NCBI GenBank assembly: GCA_009692505.1
Contig: SHZC01000004.1
Span: 2,135-66,134, forward strand
Length of the DNA stretch: 64,000 nt
Direction of reading: 5' to 3'
DNA from: Myxococcales bacterium
GTDB lineage: Bacteria; Myxococcota_A; Bradymonadia; UBA7976; UBA1532
Shown here one piece after another: positions 46,133 to 53,901 of the stretch. The position numbers and the translations under genes were made by a program. Numbering within the stretch: position 1 is the stretch's first letter; each line of letters opens with the position of its first letter. The notes below the pieces were generated by a model. The model made no database searches. It was not told the DNA's origin and saw only the letters and a program-made list of their open reading frames with translations.

Positions 46133-46971
46133 CGAATGACGACGCTGAACGGGAGGTGGTGGAGCGGCGCGAAGACGGTCCGATCATCCGGGTCGGCGAC
46201 GAGGAAGATCTCCCACGGCCCCGCCGCCGACGGACCGGCCCAGAGGCCCTCAATCTTGTACGGGACGTCGAGGCGCGCTTGCCAAATGACCGTCCCCTGG
46301 GCGTCGAGGAGGCCGAGCACGCAGCCCTTGCACGCGCCGTCGAAGAACGTGCTGCCGCCATCCTCGGCCGCCGCGCTGTAGAGCACCTGACCGTCGCTCA
46401 AGGCGAAGGCGTCGGTGAAGCCGAGCGGCACGCCGTCGAGGGCTCCGAGGTCCACGGTCTGTATGCCCATGAGGACGCTCGCCGGGACGGGCGTAGAGGT
46501 GTCGATGGCACTGAGGACTCCAGCGAGGTCGAGGGAGATCAGCGCGTTTCTGCCCGCGGCCCCGTTGCCCCGCTGAAAGACCAGGAGTCGATCACCGGAG
46601 ACGGCCGCGCCCTCGAGGTTGAGGTCGGGCAGGGCGTCGGAGAGGGCTGCGAACAGCGGGCCGAAGTCGATGACTACCGGCTCCAGGGCCGAGCAGAGCG
46701 TGACGCCCCTTCGACGTCGCGGGGTCGAGCCCGAGCCCAAGACCAGCAGCCGCCCATCGGGCAGCGCGGTGATGGACTCGAAGTCCGGCTTGCCTCGCTT
46801 GCGCTCGTGCGGTTCGTCGGAGAGCACCTCGTCAACCAAGTTTACCGTTCGGACGAGCTCAAGAGAGACCCGATCGTAGACCTCGAGCGTGACCTCGTCA
46901 TCGGCGACCACGAAGAGGTGTCGCTCGTTGGCGAAGAGCCCGCTGGCCGCCGAGCAGCGCAGCGTCTTCAA
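46129..46971 (-). CDS. Hypothetical protein, possibly beta-propeller/phytase-like repeat fold
   Basis: Repeated …(D/E)G(L/A)…D(G)xLL(V)… blades (ITALPDGRLLVLGSG, NLEGAAVSGDRLLVFQRGNG, AFALSDGQVLYSAAAEDG, IEGLWAG…IFLVADPDD). TTG start at 46971. The ORF-track start at 47172 overlaps the upstream gene in another frame and is rejected. No signal peptide seen. Confidence 0.45.
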   Translation of the reverse strand: MKTLRCSAASGLFANERHLFVVADDEVTLEVYDRVSLELVRTVNLVDEVLSDEPHERKRGKPDFESITALPDGRLLVLGSGSTPRRRRGVTLCSALEPVVIDFGPLFAALSDALPDLNLEGAAVSGDRLLVFQRGNGAAGRNALISLDLAGVLSAIDTSTPVPASVLMGIQTVDLGALDGVPLGFTDAFALSDGQVLYSAAAEDGGSTFFDGACKGCVLGLLDAQGTVIWQARLDVPYKIEGLWAGPSAAGPWEIFLVADPDDRTVFAPLHHLPFSVVIR

Positions 46972-46988
46972 GAGGTCTGGGCGGAGAA

Positions 46989-47522
46989 TTACAGTCGCTC
47001 GACGAGGATGGTTGTCGTCCGATCGGTGATGAGCGCCCCGAGCTTGAGCACGGCGAACGTATGCCTCGTCGGCGCGCCCGGCTGAACAGGCATGGGGGGC
47101 ATGGGCACATCGACGAGCGGGCCCCAGTGGCCGTCCATGAAAAACGCGCAGCCGGTCTCGCCTTTGGGGCACGTCGCGGCGAGTCGCTCAAGCAGGGGGT
47201 TCATCATGCCGCCGTCATCGAGGTCCAGGTGCAGCGAGGTGTCCTTGTCGGTGTCGCCCGAGGTGCCCATCGACGTGCCCACAACGACGCGCCCATAATC
47301 CAGGCGATACTCATCGCCGAACTCGACATAAACCGGCAGCCGAAAGAGCGGTCTGGGGCTCGCGCCGGTCGACGTCTCCTCGAGCCACTTCAAGAGCTCC
47401 GGCGTCGGCGAGACGGCGTGGTTTGCGGTGGACATCAAAGCGGGCTCCGTTGGCAAGAGAGTGGGCGTCGCGCCGCACGCGCTGGCGGCGAAGATTACGG
47501 TAGTCAGCGCCGTTCGGTTCAT
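46989..47522 (-). CDS. Small lipoprotein of unknown function
   Basis: [17 protein letters not shown] (lipobox). The ATG overlaps the upstream TAA by 1 nt (TAATG). Confidence 0.6.
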   Translation of the reverse strand: MNRTALTTVIFAASACGATPTLLPTEPALMSTANHAVSPTPELLKWLEETSTGASPRPLFRLPVYVEFGDEYRLDYGRVVVGTSMGTSGDTDKDTSLHLDLDDGGMMNPLLERLAATCPKGETGCAFFMDGHWGPLVDVPMPPMPVQPGAPTRHTFAVLKLGALITDRTTTILVERL

Positions 47523-48850
47523 TAGGGCGAGCGGGGCGCTTGCCCTTCGGTCTGATAGTTGAAGTTGTGGCCGCCCTTGGTGGTGGCCTCGTGCTGCCAG
47601 ACCCAGCCGCCCATGCCGTCTTTGACCTTCTCGTCCGTCTCCTTGTCGGTCATGGACATCTGAATCATCTGAAGGCCCCGTGACGACAGCTTCAGGCCCG
47701 CGGCGATGACCGCCTTGACGTTCGAGCCGTCGGCCGTCATCGAGTTCCGGATGTTGACCTTCGCGCGGTCGGCGGTGAACGCGAAGTGGTCCTCCCAGAC
47801 GCAGGCGGTCGCCTTCGTCGGCCAGGGATCGGAGACCACGATGGCGCTGTCCGTGTCCTTGGCCATGTCGCCGATCAAGACGAACGCATGGTCGAGGCCC
47901 TCCTTGTCGGCGCGGTTGATCACCTCGCCGCTCGCCGCCACGCGAAGGTAATCAAAGGCGACCTGCGCGTGCTCACCGCAGTTCCCCCCATGCGCGAGAT
48001 CGGCCTTCGCCGCGGTTAAGGCGTCGGGGTTGGCCGCAGCGATCGGGCGCACCGAAGCCGCCATCTCCCAGCAGCCCGGATCGCGCATTGCCTTCATCCG
48101 GTAATACGAGTTGAACTTCGAGCCCTTCAGCGCCTCGGCCTGATTGCCCGCGCCGAACGCGAAGGCCTGCTTGGCATGCTCGATGGCCGACTTCGCCTTG
48201 GAGAGCCGCGCCCCGGCGTTCGCGCTCACCTTCTTGACGCCGTCTTCGCCCTGCTTCTTCTGGATGGCCTTCGAGTCCGTCGCGAGCCCCTGACTGCGCG
48301 AAGGTCCGGCCATCTGGTCCAGCAGACCCTCCGCGCTCCCTCCGGAGACGACCTTCGAGGCGACGGCGTCCGCGTGCTGCTCATAGGCATCGCCGCTGCG
48401 GCCCACGCCGTCTTTCAAGTGAACGCCGGCGCGCTGCTGGACGACGTGCGCCGCCTCGTGCGCCGCCGTGTGCAAGTCAGGTTGGCCCTTGAACGCCACG
48501 TCGTTGCCCGAGGCGAACGCGCGCGCGCCGAGGGTCTCATTCGCCTGCGCGGCCGGGCCCCCGACATGTGCCGTGACGCCTCCGAGATCGTGATGCCCAA
48601 ACGACCGCTGGATCTGCGCTATGTGCGGCATCGGCTGCCCCGAGCCCTCGACCCCCTTGGCCGCAGCCTCCTGGGCCTCCGGACCCGCGACGGGCTGACC
48701 GCCTTTGGCCTGGATGTTCCGCACGTACTGCGTGAACGCCGCCTGCGAACCGCTGCCCCGGCCCTCATTGGCGGTCTTCGCGCTGTCCGTCGCGCTCTTC
48801 GGGGCCCTATCAGTCGAGTTGACCTTGGCGTCTTGCTTTTCGCTTCGCAT
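47522..48850 (-). CDS. DUF4157-domain protein with C-terminal Cys-His-Asp (papain/transglutaminase-like) domain; putative polymorphic toxin/effector
   Basis: AGGAG RBS before ATG 48850. …[49 protein letters not shown]…[11 protein letters not shown] matches the DUF4157 pattern. The C-terminus carries [12 protein letters not shown] (Cys codon 47978-47980), DHAFVLIG and IVVSDPW. No signal peptide. Confidence 0.7.
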   Translation of the reverse strand: MRSEKQDAKVNSTDRAPKSATDSAKTANEGRGSGSQAAFTQYVRNIQAKGGQPVAGPEAQEAAAKGVEGSGQPMPHIAQIQRSFGHHDLGGVTAHVGGPAAQANETLGARAFASGNDVAFKGQPDLHTAAHEAAHVVQQRAGVHLKDGVGRSGDAYEQHADAVASKVVSGGSAEGLLDQMAGPSRSQGLATDSKAIQKKQGEDGVKKVSANAGARLSKAKSAIEHAKQAFAFGAGNQAEALKGSKFNSYYRMKAMRDPGCWEMAASVRPIAAANPDALTAAKADLAHGGNCGEHAQVAFDYLRVAASGEVINRADKEGLDHAFVLIGDMAKDTDSAIVVSDPWPTKATACVWEDHFAFTADRAKVNIRNSMTADGSNVKAVIAAGLKLSSRGLQMIQMSMTDKETDEKVKDGMGGWVWQHEATTKGGHNFNYQTEGQAPRSP

Positions 48851-48993
48851 AGGGGCTCCTGCGTGGATATTCGACCGCGCGCGATGCAAGGGTGCCGATT
48901 GAACGAGGACATCGCAAGGGGGGGCGGAGGCTCGCGACCGTGCCGCCTGACCGGGCATCGTAGGGGTATCACCCGAAGTCGAGGTCTCGCATC

Positions 48994-49230
48994 GTGGCGA
49001 AAGTTGTCGTCAATCATCATCGCTGCGAGGGCAAGAAGACCTGCGCGCAGGTCTGCCCCGAGGCGGTCTTCGTCATTCGAAAGTCGGACGTGGTGCTGCC
49101 CCTCTTGGCTCGGCTCAAGGTCTGGGCGCATGGGGGCAAACAGGCCTTCGTCGTCAACGAGGCGGCCTGCACGGCGTGCATGAAGTGCGTCGAGGTCTGC
49201 CCGGAGGACGCGATCACGGTGACGCTATGA
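48994..49230 (+). CDS. Small 4Fe-4S ferredoxin
   Basis: 78 aa. [12 protein letters not shown] plus [12 protein letters not shown] cysteine clusters. GTG start. Confidence 0.8.
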   Translation: MAKVVVNHHRCEGKKTCAQVCPEAVFVIRKSDVVLPLLARLKVWAHGGKQAFVVNEAACTACMKCVEVCPEDAITVTL

Positions 49231-50171
49231 GAGTTCGAGAGGTCTTCGCATTGCTCATCTTCGGCTGCTCGTCGAACACCCTGCCCATCGACGCGCAGGC
49301 GGGGCCTTCGGTCGCAGCCTCTGGTCCGGCCGACCGGGCGTTGTTCGACCGCACGTTCAGCGACGGCAAGGCCGAGGTGTCTGGCTACGATCTCTTCATG
49401 CCGAGGTACGGTGAGCTCCGCCACGGCCGGGCCGTCGCCATCTTCGTGACGGAGCCCTACTCCAAGAGCAGCAACGTCAAGGTCGACCACTTCGACGCGT
49501 CTAACCCTGACCACCAGAACGTCCTGAAGCTGAACCTCATCCGCAAGTTCCAGACAGGGGTCTACGACTACAGCCTGCTGACCAGCGTCTTCGCCGATCC
49601 CGACGCCGACTTTCGGCCGCATGAGGTGAGCTTCTCGTCCCAGGAGTGGTGCGGCCACGTCTACGAGGAGACGGTCGCGACGCCGACGGGTTGGAAGGTC
49701 CGGACGGAGAGCTACTTCGAGGGCGAGACGAAAACCGCCGAGGTGGAGGGGCTCGACGTCTTGCCCGAAGACGCCCTCCTGATTCGCCTGAGGGGGCTGC
49801 GGTCGGCGACGCTCCCGACGAAGGGTGGACCGCTTCGACTCCTCTCGTCGGCGACGCAGCGGCGACTCCTGCATAGGCCCGCTTTGGCCTATGAGACCGA
49901 CCTCTCGTATTCGGAGACGGCCCGGGACGTAACCGTGCCCGCGGGGACGTTCGCCACGCGGACCGCGACCTACAGACGCGAGGACGGCAAGAGCTGCGGC
50001 TTCGATCTCGAGGTCTCTTATCCGCATCGGATCATCGGCTGGTCCTGCGAGGACGGCGAGGTCGCGAAGCTCACGGGCACCGAGCGGATCCCCTACTGGA
50101 ACTTGCAAGGTGAGGGGCAGGAGAAGGGGCTTGGTGGGCTCGGTCTCGGCGTGCCGAAGCTCTCGCCCTGA
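49227..50171 (+). CDS. Lipoprotein of unknown function
   Basis: The ATG overlaps the ferredoxin stop (ATGA). Lipobox ALLIFGCSS. 314 aa, no recognisable motif. Confidence 0.55.
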   Translation: MRVREVFALLIFGCSSNTLPIDAQAGPSVAASGPADRALFDRTFSDGKAEVSGYDLFMPRYGELRHGRAVAIFVTEPYSKSSNVKVDHFDASNPDHQNVLKLNLIRKFQTGVYDYSLLTSVFADPDADFRPHEVSFSSQEWCGHVYEETVATPTGWKVRTESYFEGETKTAEVEGLDVLPEDALLIRLRGLRSATLPTKGGPLRLLSSATQRRLLHRPALAYETDLSYSETARDVTVPAGTFATRTATYRREDGKSCGFDLEVSYPHRIIGWSCEDGEVAKLTGTERIPYWNLQGEGQEKGLGGLGLGVPKLSP

Positions 50172-50202
50172 ATCACGGCCTCGGCGACGGCGCGGCGGGC
50201 GC

Positions 50203-51735
50203 TCAGCGAACGTAGATCGGGTTAGAGTAGATCCACGGCGTCGGCCGCACGAGGAGGTCGGCCAAGATGCCGAGCTCGGGGGCGAGGTGCATCGGCGTCT
50301 GATACACCTCGACGCGGTAGACCCCGGGGCGCTCCACCGCGTAGCTGAAGTCGCTCGAACCCTGGGCGACGACCACCGACTGCACGCCTTCACCGTCGTC
50401 GACGATTTGCAGGAGGCGCACGTCGAGCTCCGCGGCCGGCACGCTCTTCGGCACGTTCACACGCAGCGTCAAGCCCGCCTCGAAGCTTCGCTCGGCGCCC
50501 ATCTCGATGCGGAGGCCGTCCTGGCCCCTGCCCGAGAAGTCGAAGCCGTCGGGCTCGCCGAGCAAGTGAAAGACCACCAGGTTTCGGCCGGTCGCGAGCG
50601 CCTCGCGCACGACGTCGAGATCGAAGGCCGAAGCCGCGTCGACGAGCAGGTAGTTGGCGAACCACGTGGTGAAGCGTCGGTAGCTGTCGAGCCGCTCCCC
50701 ATCCGAGGGCACGACGAGCGGCGGCAGGTTCTGGTGGATGTCGCTCCCGGCGTGGCCGAGCATGGTCCGGGTCGTCACGAGGCGGTTCCAGGTCTCGATG
50801 GCCCAGCGGTTCTCCCGCAAGATGGCCAGCATGAAGAGGTCGGGGTGCGGGCCGCGGTCGCGCGCGTCGAGCAGGCGGCTGATGTCGGGCAGGACCTCGG
50901 CGAGCTGATGCCACCGCGGGTTGACGTTGGCGTGGAGGTTGTAAATCTCGATCCCGTCGAGGCCGATGGGATCGAGCTCCTCGAAGGTCCGCTCCTCCGT
51001 GTGGGCCTGGAAGACGAGCGCGCCCGCGGCCTTGAGCCCCAGGACGCCCTCGACCGTGCGTTGCCCGTAGAAGCTCGGATCGTCTGGGCGACGACGCAGG
51101 AGGACTGGCATGAGGTCGCTCTCGCAGCCCGGCGCGATCAGCACGGTCGTCCCGTCGGGGCAGGCGGCGACGTTGCCGATGGTCGCGCCGCCGTCGTCCT
51201 TGATCAGCACGTCGCCGAGCGTTGAATCGAAGAGCACGGCCTCGTCGAAGGTCACGTCGTTGAAGGAGTCCGGGTGGTCCGTGAGGAGCAAGTAGTCGAG
51301 GCGGGCGTTGCAGATCGCGAAGCGGAGGTCGGCGAGGCACTGCTGGTCGTACTGCCCGTCGGGCTTGGGGTTGCCGTCGCAGGCGTCGTGGCTGTGGACG
51401 CTGTGCATGTGGATGAGGCCCCGGCGCCAGCGGAGGCCGGACGCGGCGGCGACGTCGGCGGTGCTCGGGGGGCGCGGGCGTGGGGCCGCGGTTGGGGGCG
51501 CAGGGGGGGCGTCGGGTTGGGGGCCGTCTGAAGGGACGACGTCGGCCAGATCGGCTGCGTGGGCATCCGCGACGTGGGCATCGGCGACGTTTGAATCGGG
51601 CAGCGCCCGGTCCGGCATCGCCTGATCGGTTACCGCCAGGTCGATCCCCGAGTCGGCCTCGGGTGGCCGGGCCGAGTTGGAGTCGCCACAGGAGGTCAAG
51701 ACCAAGAGGAGGAGGGGCAGGGGGGAGGTTCTCAT
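50203..51735 (-). CDS. PHP-domain-like metal-dependent phosphoesterase lipoprotein
   Basis: Lipobox LLLLVLTSCGD. …RRGLIHMHSVHSHDACDG… (H-x-H-S…S-x-D PHP signature) and …YLLLTDHPDSF…, …VFQAHTEE…, …GHAGSDIH…. Confidence 0.6.
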   Translation of the reverse strand: MRTSPLPLLLLVLTSCGDSNSARPPEADSGIDLAVTDQAMPDRALPDSNVADAHVADAHAADLADVVPSDGPQPDAPPAPPTAAPRPRPPSTADVAAASGLRWRRGLIHMHSVHSHDACDGNPKPDGQYDQQCLADLRFAICNARLDYLLLTDHPDSFNDVTFDEAVLFDSTLGDVLIKDDGGATIGNVAACPDGTTVLIAPGCESDLMPVLLRRRPDDPSFYGQRTVEGVLGLKAAGALVFQAHTEERTFEELDPIGLDGIEIYNLHANVNPRWHQLAEVLPDISRLLDARDRGPHPDLFMLAILRENRWAIETWNRLVTTRTMLGHAGSDIHQNLPPLVVPSDGERLDSYRRFTTWFANYLLVDAASAFDLDVVREALATGRNLVVFHLLGEPDGFDFSGRGQDGLRIEMGAERSFEAGLTLRVNVPKSVPAAELDVRLLQIVDDGEGVQSVVVAQGSSDFSYAVERPGVYRVEVYQTPMHLAPELGILADLLVRPTPWIYSNPIYVR

Positions 51736-51839
51736 GGGGCCGGATACTACTCCTCGAATGGCCGATCGCTACCCGCACGGCGCACGCCAGAGCCTCGCAC
51801 GGTTGCTCGGGCGCTTCCGTGCCCGCAGGATGCGCGGCC

Positions 51840-52694
51840 ATGTCGATCCGCTCCGACCCCTCAAGTACGACCCTGCTCGGCACCCTCGCCGTCACCACGG
51901 CCGCGGCGCTTTGGGGCCTATGGGGGCTCGTCATCTCGCTGGCGGGCATCGCGGGTCCAAGAGCCGCGTGTGTGGTGCTCTTCGCCATCGGCCTGTCCGC
52001 CTTGCCCACCTTGCCTCGTCGGATCATCCGCGACCGGGCCTGCTATTGGGCGCTCTTGGCGACCGGGTTCGGCAACGCCGCGAACAGCCTCCTGTATTTT
52101 GAGGCCCTCTCTCGGGGCCCGCAGGCCGTCGCGGTCTTGTCCCACTACCTGGCGCCCGTGCTCGTCGCCTTGCTCTCGCCGCTGGCCTTGGGCGCGAGGC
52201 CGACTCGCCAGACCTGGCTCGCGCTGCCCGTCTCGATCGTAGGCCTCGCGCTCATCCTCGGCGATGGGCTCTTTCGTTCGGGCGACACCCTGACGACGGC
52301 GATGCTCGGCGGCGCGTCGGCGATCTTTTACGGCGGGCAGATCGTCGTGCAGAAGCGCTTCAGCGACCGGCTCGCGCCCTCTGAGCTGCTCGTCTGGCAC
52401 GCGCTCGTCGGCGGATTCCTGCTCCTCCCGCTCGCGCTCTTCCTCCCCGCCCCGTCGTGGTCGAGCATGGGCATCCTGGCCTTGGCCGGCGCGATCTTCG
52501 GGGGCTTCGGCGGCTCCCTCTTCCTCTGGGGCCTCGGTCGAATCCCGGCTGCCAAGGTCGGCGTCCTGACCTACGTCGAGCCCCTCGTGGCGGTGCTCGT
52601 CGGCCTGCTCTACTTCGGCGAGGCGATGGCCCCGCTCGCTCCGGTCGGCGCGTTCCTGATCCTGGGCGCAGGCTGGGTCGTCGCCCGGGAGTGA
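51840..52694 (+). CDS. EamA/DMT-family transporter
   Basis: 284 aa, ten predicted helices in two EamA-like halves. The ORF-track start at 51480 (Arg/Pro-rich) is rejected. Confidence 0.75.
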   Translation: MSIRSDPSSTTLLGTLAVTTAAALWGLWGLVISLAGIAGPRAACVVLFAIGLSALPTLPRRIIRDRACYWALLATGFGNAANSLLYFEALSRGPQAVAVLSHYLAPVLVALLSPLALGARPTRQTWLALPVSIVGLALILGDGLFRSGDTLTTAMLGGASAIFYGGQIVVQKRFSDRLAPSELLVWHALVGGFLLLPLALFLPAPSWSSMGILALAGAIFGGFGGSLFLWGLGRIPAAKVGVLTYVEPLVAVLVGLLYFGEAMAPLAPVGAFLILGAGWVVARE

Positions 52695-52779
52695 AGGGGA
52701 GCCGAGTCATCGCCAACGCGTTGCGGCGCCTGGCGCGGCGTCCGGCACGGCGTCCGCACCCCGCCCGGGCGAAGTGCTT

Positions 52780-52853
52780 GGCACCGCGTCGGCACCGCGT
52801 CGGCACCGCGTCGGCACCGCGTCCGGGCACCGCGTCCGGGCACCGCGTCCGGG
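52780..52853. repeat. Intergenic tandem repeat, core GGCACCGCGTC x6
   Basis: Four perfect 11-bp units (52780-52823) are followed by two 13-bp units CGGGCACCGCGTC (52824-52849) and a partial unit. Degenerate copies lie upstream from ~52727. Confidence 0.9.
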
Positions 52854-53373
52854 TGGGACAGAGACTTCCTCGTCCGCACGCTGCTCGGACAGTAGGACCC
52901 CCAACATCCGCCGCTCTCCGAGTCACGACCACGACCACCGGAGTATGCGGGACGCGACCACGGAAGCCGCCACGGGCTGTCGGCGTGCGAGGGGGACCCA
53001 AACCCCACGCCCGCAGCGTCACGCCGTCGCCTAAACCCAACGTCACAGACCCCTCAAGGGGCGCGATGACCACCTCAAGTCGTTCCTACACACCCGCAGC
53101 CTCGACGCATAGGATCACCGAGCGCGACGTTCGGATTCGAGGTGCGATTGCCCTGGCCGGCCGGCCGACAGACGCGAGGCAGGCCCCATGCCCCACAGCC
53201 TTCACGCTCGAAGGCCACCCGACCTCGGGTCACGGCGTCCACGGACCACAGGTTCTGCCCGAGTTGCGTGCCGCTCTCCCCGGTCGCCACCCGAGAGTGA
53301 AGCGGACCCAAATCATCGTCCCCTCCTTGCGGCGTCCGCTGCGGGCCGCGTATCACTCGCCGCGAGGTTCATC

Positions 53374-53901
53374 ATGCGTTTGCTCTCGAAGGCCATCCTC
53401 CTGCTCGCCGCGTCTCCGCTGCTGCCCGGCTGTGGGGCCGACACCAAGCCCGATCTCGGCGTAACCCCCCCGACGCTCCCGAGCGTTGAGCCCCCATCCG
53501 TCGCCACGCTGCCCGCCTCGGAGGCGCCAGTCGTCGTCGAGACCCCGGCCACGACGACGCCACCCGCGCTCGCAGCCACCTCTCTGGCCGCCACCGCCGT
53601 TGTCCTGCCGATCTCCGCCCTCGTGGGCGCCGACTTCGAGGTCCTGCTCGACGCCAACGCGACCACCGGGTTCAAGTGGATCCTCGCCCCGGGCTTCGAC
53701 GCCACAAAGGTCGTCAACTCACTTTACGAATACCAGTCTCAGCCCACCGACCCGCTCCTCGTCGGCGCGGGTGGTCGCGCGCGGTTCGTCTTCAAGGCGC
53801 TCTCCAAAGGCGAGGTCGAGCTGACCTTCCGCTACGTTCGTCCCTTCGACAAAGACGCGGCCGACGCCCCCACCGAGACACGAAAGGTGGTCATCCAGTG
53901 A
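53374..53901 (+). CDS. Chagasin-family (I42) cysteine-peptidase inhibitor lipoprotein
   Basis: Lipobox PLLPGCG, Pro/Thr/Ala linker, then NATTGFKW (NPTTG motif), VGAGGRARF (GxGG) and YVRPFD (RPW/F). Confidence 0.75.
   Translation: MRLLSKAILLLAASPLLPGCGADTKPDLGVTPPTLPSVEPPSVATLPASEAPVVVETPATTTPPALAATSLAATAVVLPISALVGADFEVLLDANATTGFKWILAPGFDATKVVNSLYEYQSQPTDPLLVGAGGRARFVFKALSKGEVELTFRYVRPFDKDAADAPTETRKVVIQ

Noticed and set aside
46972-47172. Upstream start (47172) for the 46129 gene
   Set aside because: It would overlap the lipoprotein gene 46989-47522 out of frame with an Arg/His/Pro-rich sequence. Family-like sequence begins near the TTG at 46971.
52780-52853. Tandem repeat considered as a CRISPR array
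   Set aside because: The units are 11-13 bp and directly abutting with no spacers. There are no cas genes in the window.
53374-53901. Chagasin-like inhibitor as the immunity protein of the DUF4157 Cys-His-Asp effector
   Set aside because: The genes are 4.5 kb apart, on opposite strands and in different operons. The effector fold is unverified. The idea is kept only as a testable aside.
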